Assembly: GCA_902784805.1 (NCBI GenBank)
Contig: CACZWD010000017.1
Coordinates: forward strand, 1-55,747
Source: an uncultured Ruminococcus sp.
Lineage (GTDB): Bacteria; Bacillota; Clostridia; RUG12999
DNA length: 55,747 bases
Direction: 5' to 3'
Shown here piece after piece: positions 1-8,762 of the stretch. Each line of letters starts with the position of its first letter. The stretch's first letter is position 1. The notes beneath the pieces are model-generated. The model was not told where the DNA came from and made no database searches. It saw only the letters and a program-made list of their open reading frames with translations. A program made the position numbers and the translations under genes.

Positions 1-117
1 AAGGTTGGTAGGCAACCAAGCGACAGCGAGTGCGCTTGCAAGCGAGCCGAGTGACTTGCCGTGACCTTTTTCGGAAAAGGAGGAGCAAGGAAGCGGGCGT
101 ATGTTTTTCTTGTAAAA

Positions 118-147
118 GAAAAACGGAGCAAAGCGTACTTTGCTCCG
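118..147 (-). terminator. Intrinsic terminator-like hairpin after the tRNA
   Basis: On the minus strand: CGGAGCAAAG-TACG-CTTTGCTCCG followed by TTTTTC, 3 nt after the CCA end. Confidence 0.6.
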
Positions 148-150
148 ACG

Positions 151-225
151 TGGCATCCCGAACAGGAATCGAACCCGCATCAGCTGAACCGGAATCAGCC
201 GTCTTATCCATTAGACGATCGGGAC
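151..225 (-). tRNA. tRNA-Arg(CCG)
   Basis: Reverse complement GTCCCGA-TC-GTCTAATGGATAAGAC-G-GCTGA-TTCCGGT-TCAGC-TGAT-GCGGG-TTCGATT-CCTGT-TCGGGAT-G-CCA folds as a cloverleaf with anticodon CCG and an encoded CCA. Confidence 0.96.
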
Positions 226-241
226 ATACCATCACACGTAT

Positions 242-270
242 ATTTTACCACACAATGAGAAAAAAAGCAA
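242..270 (-). promoter_or_regulatory. Sigma-A promoter for tRNA-Arg
   Basis: TTGCTT (270-265), 17 nt spacer, TAAAAT (247-242) with an extended TG. Confidence 0.6.
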
Positions 271-273
271 GCC

Positions 274-1239
274 TTAAATATATTTTAAAGGTATTATTTT
301 TTCGGCTATTTCAAGAAACGTGCTGCCTGACGAGGTTATTTCATCGACAGTAGTAATATCAGTTATACCTTTGGTGCCGAGAAAACTGTGAAATACATAG
401 TGTTTGCCGCGGTGTTTGCCGTAGTAAAGCATAATATGCCCCTTGCACATTATTATATCGGCAGGGTGACATTTTTTTAAATTGCCGTTTTTTACGGGAA
501 TAGCTTTAGAGGATATTTCGCCTATTTTTGCGGAATTTCTCGGTAAAAAAATTCCGCAAATTGAAAAAGCGGAGCAGATAAGCGACGAGCAGTCGCAGCC
601 GCCGAAGCTTTCGCCCCAGTCATAAGGCATACCTCGCATATGCAAAGAAAGCGACAAAATGTTTTTTCTTGAAAACTTCATATATCCTCTATGTACAGCG
701 GTGTTTGCGGGAACTTTTGCGTCTTTAAAAAACGCAGAGCCGCTTTTGCCGCGTATAGGAAGCTTTACTGTGTAAACCGAATTTTCAAATTTTGTAAAAA
801 TCAGGCGCGTGCCGAACGATAACGGTATTTTTGAAATTGTTTTGTCACGGTCGGGATTTGTAATAATAAATTTGTCGGTCACACATAAAAAATTCGGTGA
901 ATTTAAAATATCAAGAGCTTTTTCGCGGCTTATAAAACCGATATTTTCTTGCTTTACATAGCCGAAACTGTTTTGAGAATGAACTTTGTAAAAGCCGTTT
1001 TCAGGTTTATCCGAAAGTAAAATTACGATTTCTCCTCTGCGGCACAGGGTTTCACAGTTTGTATCAAAACCGTTTTCGGATAATTCTTTTGTTTCTCTAG
1101 GCTTTATAAATAAATTACAATCGCAAACCGCAACCGCAAACCGCATATTGGCGTATTTTTCATTTTTTAGGTCGATAACACCGAGAGAAAGCTCTTTTAT
1201 TCTTTTGTTTATGCTGTTTGGAGACGGTAAAGCACACAT
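274..1239 (-). CDS. NlpC/P60 family peptidoglycan peptidase with SH3-like domains (YkfC-like)
   Basis: C-terminal PYDWG...GCDCSSL...LPRNS...GHIMLY catalytic motifs. N-terminal SH3b-like region. No obvious signal peptide. Confidence 0.85.
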   Translation of the reverse strand: MCALPSPNSINKRIKELSLGVIDLKNEKYANMRFAVAVCDCNLFIKPRETKELSENGFDTNCETLCRRGEIVILLSDKPENGFYKVHSQNSFGYVKQENIGFISREKALDILNSPNFLCVTDKFIITNPDRDKTISKIPLSFGTRLIFTKFENSVYTVKLPIRGKSGSAFFKDAKVPANTAVHRGYMKFSRKNILSLSLHMRGMPYDWGESFGGCDCSSLICSAFSICGIFLPRNSAKIGEISSKAIPVKNGNLKKCHPADIIMCKGHIMLYYGKHRGKHYVFHSFLGTKGITDITTVDEITSSGSTFLEIAEKIIPLKYI

Positions 1240-1335
1240 ATTTTTATCCTTTCACAAAAAACACTTGATTTAACAAAAAATTAGTAGTACAATATATTAT
1301 GTAGAATCAAAAAATATTCGCGTCTGGAGGAAAAT

Positions 1336-2109
1336 ATGACTACTGTAAAGAATATAATCGAGGTTATAGAAAAAATTGCGCCAAAAGAGCTTGCTGAGGA
1401 TTGGGATAATCCGGGGCTTGAGGTCGGCAGTGGGAATAAGTCGGTTAACGCGGTGCTGACCGCGCTTGATTGCGATATGGAAACCGTACTTGAAGCGGAA
1501 AAACTTGGGTGCGAGATGATTGTTACGCATCATCCGCTTATTTTTCATCCTCTTCATTTTGTAACCGATGAAACAGAAACGGGTAGAGTTATTCTTGCTC
1601 TCGCGAAAAGGGATATGGCTCTTTACAGCGCGCATACAAATCTTGACTGCGCCGTCGGAGGTATAAATGATTATCTTTGCAAAAAAATAGGGCTTGAAAG
1701 TGTAAAGGTACAAGACGATATAGGAAATGGAAGCCTTATACGAATTGGTAAAATTACGCCTCGGAGCTTTGAGGATTTTGCACGCGGACTTGCTGAAATA
1801 TTCGGTAAAAAATATATCAGATGCGTGGGAACCCCCGATAAAATCATTGAAACAGTCGGCATTTGCAGCGGCGGCGGGGGAGATTATATTTCCGAAATGG
1901 CGGGAAAGTGCGATGTATATATCACGGGTGATGTAAAATATCATATGGCAAGGAGCGCGAATGAAGCGGGGCTTTGCGTCGCTGTCTTAGAGCATTATGA
2001 AAGTGAAATCTGCGCGGAAGAAATTTTTGAAAACGCTTTAAAGGATACGGGGGTTAAGGTTTTTAAATCCAAAAGCAACAAGGACATAGTATTTGATATT
2101 TTCAGGTGA
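1336..2109 (+). CDS. Nif3-like dinuclear metal center hexameric protein
   Basis: AEDWDNPGL, THHPLIF, YSAHTNLD, GSGGG-like, YITGDVKYH and HYESE motifs. GGAGG RBS. Promoter TTGATT-17-TACAAT at 1265-1293. Confidence 0.95.
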   Translation: MTTVKNIIEVIEKIAPKELAEDWDNPGLEVGSGNKSVNAVLTALDCDMETVLEAEKLGCEMIVTHHPLIFHPLHFVTDETETGRVILALAKRDMALYSAHTNLDCAVGGINDYLCKKIGLESVKVQDDIGNGSLIRIGKITPRSFEDFARGLAEIFGKKYIRCVGTPDKIIETVGICSGGGGDYISEMAGKCDVYITGDVKYHMARSANEAGLCVAVLEHYESEICAEEIFENALKDTGVKVFKSKSNKDIVFDIFR

Positions 2110-2750
2110 ACGAAATGACAGAAATTTTATATTTTGATAAAGATATTGTTGTTTGCGTTAAACCTGCGGGCGCGGATTCAGAGAAGGATATGCCGGAGCT
2201 GATAAGAGCCGGATTTAAGGAAAAAGGAATAAAAAAGGAAAAGATTTTTCCGTTGCACAGGCTTGATAAACCGGTGGGCGGTATAATGGTTTATGCTCTT
2301 AACGAGGCTTCCGCTGCCGGAATATCGGAAAAAATCGCAAAGGGGACAATAAAAAAAGAATATTTAGCAGTCATACAGGGGATACCTGATGAAGAAAGCG
2401 GTATTTTTGAGGATTTACTTTTTAAGGATTCGCGGCAAAATAAGAGTTACGTTGTTAAGAGAGAGCGAAAGGGCGTAAAAAAAGCAAGTCTTTTTTATGA
2501 AGTTATTGAAAAAACCGAAAATTTCTCACTTGTTAGAGTGAAGCTTAATACGGGCAGGAGTCATCAGATACGTGTTCAATTCGCGAGCCGGAAAATGCCT
2601 CTTGCGGGCGACGGCAAATACGGCAGTAAAATTAATGGCTGTGATATAGCGCTTTTTTCTTGTAAAATAACCTTTGAAAACGGCAAAATGTTTGAAGCAC
2701 TGCCGCCCGCGGAGAAATATCCGTGGAATATGTTTAAATATAATAAATGA
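2106..2750 (+). CDS. RluA family pseudouridine synthase
   Basis: VCVKPAG, HRLDKPVGG and TGRSHQIRVQ motifs. Confidence 0.95.
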   Translation: MNEMTEILYFDKDIVVCVKPAGADSEKDMPELIRAGFKEKGIKKEKIFPLHRLDKPVGGIMVYALNEASAAGISEKIAKGTIKKEYLAVIQGIPDEESGIFEDLLFKDSRQNKSYVVKRERKGVKKASLFYEVIEKTENFSLVRVKLNTGRSHQIRVQFASRKMPLAGDGKYGSKINGCDIALFSCKITFENGKMFEALPPAEKYPWNMFKYNK

Positions 2751-2753
2751 AAG

Positions 2754-2777
2754 AAGCATCGCGTTTTTGCGATGCTT
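2754..2777. terminator. Hairpin between convergent rluA and rpmE
   Basis: AAGCATCGC-GTTTTT-GCGATGCTT. Confidence 0.7.
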
Positions 2778-2810
2778 TAAACTTCATAATTAAGAGAGAA
2801 AGCGTTTTGC

Positions 2811-3017
2811 TTACTTCTCCTGCATGCCGTATTTCTTTCTGAATTTTTCAACTCGTCCGCCTGTATCAACAAGCTTTTGCTTACCTGTAAAGAAGGGGTG
2901 GCATTTTGAACAAATTTCAACACGAATGTTTTCCTTTGTTGAACGTGTTTCGATAACTTCGCCACAAGCACAGGTTATTGTTGTTGGTTTGTAATCAGGA
3001 TGGATACCTGCCTTCAT
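2811..3017 (-). CDS. rpmE: 50S ribosomal protein L31 (Zn-binding type)
   Basis: MKAGIHPDY...CACG...[24 protein letters not shown]. Start set at ATG 3017 behind GAGGTG. Confidence 0.98.
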   Translation of the reverse strand: MKAGIHPDYKPTTITCACGEVIETRSTKENIRVEICSKCHPFFTGKQKLVDTGGRVEKFRKKYGMQEK

Positions 3018-3173
3018 CTCTTTCACCTCTTTTTCTTATAGCCATATTGCAAAACCATATTTTCCGAAAAGGCGGCAAATTCCGGATTTTGCGTTCTTTT
3101 TCGGTGGGCAGCTTTCGCTGTTTAATCCCGATGATTTTGTATATTGCTACTTATTGCGCAATACGTATTTATA

Positions 3174-3202
3174 ATTATACCATATTTTTTTAAAAAAATC
3201 AA
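3174..3202 (-). promoter_or_regulatory. Sigma-A promoter for rpmE, giving a leader of about 150 nt
   Basis: TTGATT (3202-3197), 17 nt spacer, TATAAT (3179-3174) with an extended TG. Confidence 0.75.
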
Positions 3203-3234
3203 GTATTTTTTTAAATTTTTCCCTAAAAAAGATT

Positions 3235-4383
3235 TTATTTAACAAAAAATTCATCCGGCGCGGATGCGGTAAGACCAAACGAATAGCGAAGCGCCTGTAC
3301 GATTCTCTCGCTTGCCTTTCCATCACCGTATGGATTTACGGCGTGAGCCATTTTGTTATACGCGTTTTCGTCGGTAAGCAGAGTACGTGCTGATTTATAT
3401 ATATTATCATATTCACAGCCTGCCATTTTAACAGTGCCGGCGTTTACCGCCTCCGGTCTTTCCGTTTCTGTACGAAGTACCAGAACAGGCTTTCCGAGAG
3501 AAGGCGCTTCCTCCTGCAGACCTCCCGAATCCGTCATAATCATAAAGCAGCGGCTCATAAGATTATGAAGCTCGTCAACATCAAGCGGGTCTATCAGATG
3601 AATACGCTTATGAGAGCCCAAAATATCAAAAACGGTATTTCTTACTTTGGGATTAAGATGTACGGGATAAACTGCCTGAATATCGGGCGTATCGTTTACA
3701 ACGTCAAGAATTGCCCTGCATATATTTTCAAGCGGCTTGCCGAGGTTTTCACGGCGGTGCGCCGTAATAAGAATCGTTCTTTTTGAAAAGTCAAGCTTTT
3801 GCAAGGCGGGATCACGAAAAACGTAACCTGGCTTTACGGTATATTTTATCGCGTCAATTACGGTATTGCCCGTAATAAAAATATTACCCTGTTTCTGCTC
3901 TTTTAATAGATTGTTTTTGTTGTTCACGGTCGGCGCGAAATGGTACTGCGCTATCGTTCCCGTAAGGCAGCGGTTTATTTCTTCGGGAAACGGAGAATAT
4001 TTGTCGTAAGTACGAAGCCCCGCTTCAACGTGACCTACGGGGATATGATTATAAAACGCCGCAAGGCTGCCGCAAAAAGTTGTTGTCGTATCTCCATGCA
4101 CAAGCACAACGTCGGGACGCGCTTTTTCAAAAACAGCCGATAAGCCGTCAATAGCCCGTGTTGTTATTCCCGTAAGAGTTTGATTTGCCTGCATAATATT
4201 AAGGTCAAAGTCCGCTTTTATTTTAAAAAGCTCCATAACCATATCGAGCATTTCGCGGTGCTGCGCGGTTATGCATACAAGGCTTTCAATATCCTTTGAT
4301 TTCTGAAGCTCTAAAACAAGCGGCGCCATTTTAATAGCTTCGGGTCTTGTGCCGAAAACAGTCATAACTTTCAGTTTATTCAT
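3235..4383 (-). CDS. wecB: UDP-N-acetylglucosamine 2-epimerase (non-hydrolysing)
   Basis: VFGTRPEAIKMAP, HGDTTT, HVEAGLRT, TDSGGLQEEAP and NPYGDG motifs. Start at ATG 4383. Confidence 0.97.
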   Translation of the reverse strand: MNKLKVMTVFGTRPEAIKMAPLVLELQKSKDIESLVCITAQHREMLDMVMELFKIKADFDLNIMQANQTLTGITTRAIDGLSAVFEKARPDVVLVHGDTTTTFCGSLAAFYNHIPVGHVEAGLRTYDKYSPFPEEINRCLTGTIAQYHFAPTVNNKNNLLKEQKQGNIFITGNTVIDAIKYTVKPGYVFRDPALQKLDFSKRTILITAHRRENLGKPLENICRAILDVVNDTPDIQAVYPVHLNPKVRNTVFDILGSHKRIHLIDPLDVDELHNLMSRCFMIMTDSGGLQEEAPSLGKPVLVLRTETERPEAVNAGTVKMAGCEYDNIYKSARTLLTDENAYNKMAHAVNPYGDGKASERIVQALRYSFGLTASAPDEFFVK

Positions 4384-5449
4384 TGTTTTTTTCTCCTTCT
4401 TTGGGTTCAATTATGTCGCCGGGTTTTGGATTTCCCGTAAAAATAACGGCAAGAGCTACAAAGATTATTACCGAAAGCAAAAGCAGAACACCTGTTATTT
4501 CATCATAACCTTCCATAATGATAGCGCTGAGTCCGAGAAGCGCGCTTATGGTATAAAGCACGGCAACAGTTTGCTTTTGGTTAAAGCCCATATCAATGAG
4601 CCTATGGTGAAGATGTCCTCTGTCCGCCTGCATAATAGGTTTATGATGAGCCATACGCCTTATTATAGCGAAAGACGTATCAAAAATCGGAAGCCCCAGA
4701 ATAAGCACAGGCACGATAAAGGTTATAACGGTATAGCTTTTAAAAAGTCCTTGTACGGACATAACAGCCATAATATAACCTAAAAAGGTCGCTCCCGTAT
4801 CGCCCATAAAAATTTTTGCGGGATTAAGATTATAAGGCAAAAATCCAAGACAAGCTCCTACAAGAATTATGGATATGGTTGTTACAAAAACGTTTCCGTT
4901 TAAAAGAGCAATAAAAAAAATTGAAGCGGAGGCTATGGTTGAAATCCCTGCCGCCAGACCATCAAGCCCGTCAATAAGATTAACGGCGTTTGTCACGCCG
5001 ACAATCCATAAAATAGAAATACCGTAGGATATTATATCGTTAAAAACAATGTTAGGCATAACGCTTTGATTAAAAGGAAGCGACAAAAAATTAATTCTTG
5101 AGCCCATAAACACCGGAACGGCGGCAGCTATGAGCTGCACAAAAAATTTCGGGTGAGCTTTAAGAGTTTTTATATCGTCAACCACGCCGAGAATTACAAT
5201 TATAAGAGAACCTAAAATAATGCCCCAAAGCTGCCTGTCAAGTGTTCCGAAGCAAAGAAGGCTCACTATAAAGCCGTAATAAATCGAAAGTCCGCCGAGA
5301 CGCGGTATTGGTTTTTTATGCATTCGCCTGCCGTCTTTCGGATAATCAATCGCGCCGGCTTTTATGGCAATATTTTTAATAAACGGAACCGATAAAAAGC
5401 TCGTCAAAAACGCAACCGCAAGAGCAAGCAATATGTTAAGTGTACTCAT
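4376..5449 (-). CDS. tagO: Undecaprenyl-phosphate GlcNAc-1-phosphate transferase (TagO/WecA, MraY family)
   Basis: PRLGGL, GVVDD, NAVNLIDGLDGLA, AKIFMGDTG and HLHHRL motifs. Multiple TM segments. Confidence 0.93.
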   Translation of the reverse strand: MSTLNILLALAVAFLTSFLSVPFIKNIAIKAGAIDYPKDGRRMHKKPIPRLGGLSIYYGFIVSLLCFGTLDRQLWGIILGSLIIVILGVVDDIKTLKAHPKFFVQLIAAAVPVFMGSRINFLSLPFNQSVMPNIVFNDIISYGISILWIVGVTNAVNLIDGLDGLAAGISTIASASIFFIALLNGNVFVTTISIILVGACLGFLPYNLNPAKIFMGDTGATFLGYIMAVMSVQGLFKSYTVITFIVPVLILGLPIFDTSFAIIRRMAHHKPIMQADRGHLHHRLIDMGFNQKQTVAVLYTISALLGLSAIIMEGYDEITGVLLLLSVIIFVALAVIFTGNPKPGDIIEPKEGEKNNE

Positions 5450-5469
5450 TTGTTTTCCTGCCTTTCAAT

Positions 5470-6471
5470 TTACGGCTTCTGTAAAAAACCTACTTTTTTA
5501 TAAACCTTACGCAGAGTTGATTCCGCAATTTTGCTTGCGATTTCCGCGCTTTTTGTATATACGGAAACAATATAGTCTTTATTTTTCATATAATCATTAT
5601 ATTTTTCCTGAATAGGCTTAAGATGTGCGGCAACTGCCTCGCCCACAGCCGGTTTAAATTCACCGTAGCCTTTGCCTTCAAACTCTTTGACAGCTTCTTC
5701 CACGGTTTTGCCGGTGACGGCGGAGTAAATATTTAAAAGGTTGTTTATGCCGTCTTTTCCTTCACGGTATTCTATAACGGTTTCGCTGTCGGTAACGGCA
5801 CGCCTGAATTTACGCATAATAACGTCTTTACTGTCGGTAAGAGCAATAAAACCGTTTGTGTTTTCGTCCGATTTAGACATTTTTGAGGTCGGATTCTGAA
5901 GGCTCATAACTCGTCCGCCCGATTTTACGATATATGGTTCGGGCACAACGAAGGTTTCGGAATATGTATTGTTAAACCTGTTCGCTATATCTCTCGAAAG
6001 CTCAAGATGCTGCTTCTGGTCCTCACCGACAGGAACAATGTCCGCCTTATAAAGAAGAATATCGGCAGCCATAAGCGTGGGGTAGATGAAAAGCCCCGCG
6101 TTTATATTGTTTGCGTGCTTTGCGGATTTATCTTTAAACTGTGTCATTCTCGAAAGCTCGCCCATTTGAGTATAGCAGTTAAGTACCCACGCAAGCTCAG
6201 CGTGCTGATGAACGTGCGACTGACAAAAAAGAAGACTTTTTTCGGGGTTAATTCCTGCCGCAAGCAGCATTGCGAGAAGCTCTATACTGTGACTGCGAAG
6301 AAGCGCGGGCTCCTGACGCACGGTTATTGTATGTAAATCCGCAATCGCGAAGATACAGTCAAATTCGTCCTGAAGCTTTACCCAATTTCTGATTGCTCCG
6401 AGATAATTGCCGAGAGTTATTGTACCCGACGGCTGAATGGCGCTAAAGCTGCGCTTTATTGTGTTTTCCAT
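5470..6471 (-). CDS. trpS: Tryptophan--tRNA ligase
   Basis: IQPSG-TITLGNYLGAI, YPTLMAADIL, VPVGEDQKQHLE and KMSKS motifs. Confidence 0.98.
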   Translation of the reverse strand: MENTIKRSFSAIQPSGTITLGNYLGAIRNWVKLQDEFDCIFAIADLHTITVRQEPALLRSHSIELLAMLLAAGINPEKSLLFCQSHVHQHAELAWVLNCYTQMGELSRMTQFKDKSAKHANNINAGLFIYPTLMAADILLYKADIVPVGEDQKQHLELSRDIANRFNNTYSETFVVPEPYIVKSGGRVMSLQNPTSKMSKSDENTNGFIALTDSKDVIMRKFRRAVTDSETVIEYREGKDGINNLLNIYSAVTGKTVEEAVKEFEGKGYGEFKPAVGEAVAAHLKPIQEKYNDYMKNKDYIVSVYTKSAEIASKIAESTLRKVYKKVGFLQKP

Positions 6472-6558
6472 AATTATCGTCAAATCCTTTATGTTTTTTC
6501 TATCTTATTATATCAGATAATATGTGAAAAATCAACCTTTTTTAAAAAGTTTAGTTGT

Positions 6559-6948
6559 TTATTTAAGTTTTTTGTACTTATGATATTTGTTTGCGGTCCA
6601 AATAACAGTAAACGAAAGAAAAAGCCATATGGCGGAATAAGGAAGGCAGATTTGTCCCATAAGATTAAACGGTACGGAAGAATAATCCCATACATTAAGA
6701 GAAAGAACCCTGTTAAGAATGATACCGCAAAAAAATTCGGTTGCCGTAATTGCCAGACAACCGATAGCCGCTTTAATTAAAAGCGGCATATTAAGCTTTG
6801 AAATATCAAGTAAAATCAAGAAACAAAACCCACCCGCCGCAAACATTGACGGGTGGCTCTGTCCCCGCCATAAAATTTCAAGCAGGCAGTAAAACGTGCC
6901 TCCCGTCAAAAAAAAGAAGATATTTTTTAAAAATACTTTCATAGTCAA
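6559..6948 (-). CDS. Small membrane protein (putative ABC-transporter type IV/CmpB-like family)
   Basis: GG.FY..LE..WRG.SH.SM...GG and WDYS..PFN..GQICL motifs. About 4 TM helices. Confidence 0.75.
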   Translation of the reverse strand: MTMKVFLKNIFFFLTGGTFYCLLEILWRGQSHPSMFAAGGFCFLILLDISKLNMPLLIKAAIGCLAITATEFFCGIILNRVLSLNVWDYSSVPFNLMGQICLPYSAIWLFLSFTVIWTANKYHKYKKLK

Positions 6949-7079
6949 TCAACCCGTTTTTTGTTTATTCTTTGTAAAAACGAAGTTTATATTCATTTTT
7001 TAAAAAAAGAAAACTATTGACTTAAATAATAATTTAATATATAATAATAGATGTAAAATTGTGAAAGGAAAAAACAGTT

Positions 7080-7658
7080 ATGACTGACAGTTTGTTAAAA
7101 AGTTACGATAAAATAATAGATTACAGTTTTGATGTTTTTGAAAAGAAGCAGAAGGATTACGGTCCGACATGGATATTAAACCGCTATTCGTCGCTTATTG
7201 ATGAGATATGGCGTAAAGCAAAGCGCATACGCACTCTTGAAGAAAACGGTGAAAATAACTCTCTTATAAAAGAGGGCAGAGATGTCGAATATATCGCGAT
7301 AATAAATTATTGTATAATGTGTCTTATAAGGCTCGGAGATTACGGCTTGCCGAAAGACAGCGATGTTCTTGAGGACCTTTCAAGACTCGAAAGTGTTTCT
7401 GACGAAAAGCTTTTTGCGGCTTATAAAGACGTCGCGGCAAAAATCAGAGAACTTCTCCGCCGTAAAAATACCGATTACGGTGACGCGTGGAAAAGTATGG
7501 GGATTTATTCTATGACAGACCAGGTAATAATCAGGGTTTACCGCATAAAAACAATGCTCGCGAACGGCGGCAAATGTGAAATTTCGGAAGGTATTGACGC
7601 GCAGCTTCAGGATATTATAAATTATTGCGTTTTTGCTCTAATTAAGCTTGAGTTTTAG
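7080..7658 (+). CDS. Tandem DUF1599 (nucleotide modification associated domain 1) protein
   Basis: Two repeats of K..DYG.xW...S..D....K..RI and a C-terminal SEGIDA..QD.INY motif. Promoter TTGACT-17-TATAAT at 7017-7045. Confidence 0.85.
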   Translation: MTDSLLKSYDKIIDYSFDVFEKKQKDYGPTWILNRYSSLIDEIWRKAKRIRTLEENGENNSLIKEGRDVEYIAIINYCIMCLIRLGDYGLPKDSDVLEDLSRLESVSDEKLFAAYKDVAAKIRELLRRKNTDYGDAWKSMGIYSMTDQVIIRVYRIKTMLANGGKCEISEGIDAQLQDIINYCVFALIKLEF

Positions 7659-7694
7659 AAAGCAGGGCAATAATAATCCGAAAAACGAAAAAGA

Positions 7695-7728
7695 AAAACG
7701 CAGCCTTTTTAAACCGGGGCTGCGTTTT
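7695..7728. terminator. Bidirectional terminator
   Basis: AAAACGCAGCC...GGCTGCGTTTT between convergent genes. Confidence 0.75.
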
Positions 7729-7733
7729 AACGT

Positions 7734-8570
7734 TTAATACTTTTTTGAAAGAAGCGCAAGCTCGGTTTCTTTAATGGACTCAAGCGCCCGTACCGAGCGG
7801 TTATATACTACATAGAAATAAAGTGTATCTACAATTGCGAGCTGCGCGATACGTGAGTTAAGACCAAGTATATTATACTTTGTTTCATCGGAGGAAGTGG
7901 AAAGCACAATATCGCTGTGCCTGAGAATAGGAGATTTCCCGATATTTGTAACGGCAATAGTTGTGGCTCCGTGGTCTTTTGCCGTTTTTAAAGCATCGAC
8001 AATATCTTTTGACGAACCCGAATGCGAAATTGCGATGGCAATATCGCCCTCTTTAAGATGCGAAGCGGCTATAACCTGCATATGGTTATCGGAATAAGCA
8101 AAAGCGTTAAGCCCCGCGCGAAGCAGTTTGTGACTCGTGTCAAGAGCAACCGAAGCCGAATTTCCGAGACCGAAAACGACGATTTTATTTGCTGAGCAAA
8201 TTTTATCTGCCGCAATGGCAAGACTGTCGGGATTTAATGATTGTTTCGTTTTTTCAAGCGAAAGATATATGTCGTTACATACTTTTTCATATATACAAAA
8301 AGCGCTGTCTGTTGGTTTTATATGGTTGCTTACGGTGTTTCCGCCGCCTTCGGAGGCAAGAGATATTTTAAGCTCCTGATAGCCCGAAAGCCCCAGCCTT
8401 TTTGAAAAACGGACAATGGTAGCCTCGCTGCAGCCGCAAAGCTCGGCAAGCTCAACAATGGAAAGAGATATTATTTCTCCCGGATTATCGTTTATCCAAT
8501 CGGCAATTCTCTTTTCTGCTTTTCCCATTTCGGCATATTTAAGCTTAATATTTAATGATGTTTTATCCAT
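7734..8570 (-). CDS. RpiR/MurR family transcriptional regulator
   Basis: HTH ELAELCGCSEATIVRFSKRLGLSGYQELK plus SIS domain (FGLGNS, ISHSGSS). Confidence 0.95.
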   Translation of the reverse strand: MDKTSLNIKLKYAEMGKAEKRIADWINDNPGEIISLSIVELAELCGCSEATIVRFSKRLGLSGYQELKISLASEGGGNTVSNHIKPTDSAFCIYEKVCNDIYLSLEKTKQSLNPDSLAIAADKICSANKIVVFGLGNSASVALDTSHKLLRAGLNAFAYSDNHMQVIAASHLKEGDIAIAISHSGSSKDIVDALKTAKDHGATTIAVTNIGKSPILRHSDIVLSTSSDETKYNILGLNSRIAQLAIVDTLYFYVVYNRSVRALESIKETELALLSKKY

Positions 8571-8658
8571 AATAATATCCTCAAACTTTATTTTTTAACA
8601 ATAAATATTATATATCAAAAAAAAATTTTTGTCAAATCAAAAAAATTTTAAAAAACTA

Positions 8659-8727
8659 TTGAAAAAATTTTCATAATATGATATAATGTAGTTACAAAAA
8701 GAGCCGTGAAAATGAAAATTTTTTTCA
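8659..8727 (+). promoter_or_regulatory. Sigma-A promoter with two putative RpiR operator palindromes
   Basis: TTGAAA (8659-64), 17 nt, TATAAT (8682-87). TGAAAA-AA-TTTTCA (8660-8673) overlaps the -35 box and TGAAAA-TTT-TTTTCA (8713-8727) lies downstream. Confidence 0.6.
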
Positions 8728-8762
8728 AAAAGGCAAAAAATATTATAAAGAAGGAGAAAACA

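Noticed and set aside
30-353. ORFs 30..353 and 61..258
   Set aside because: They overlap the tRNA and the hairpin array and have no protein-like features.
6472-6558. T-box upstream of trpS
   Set aside because: The promoter TTGATT-17-TATAAT (6535-6507) leaves only about 30 nt of leader, and there is no T-box motif.
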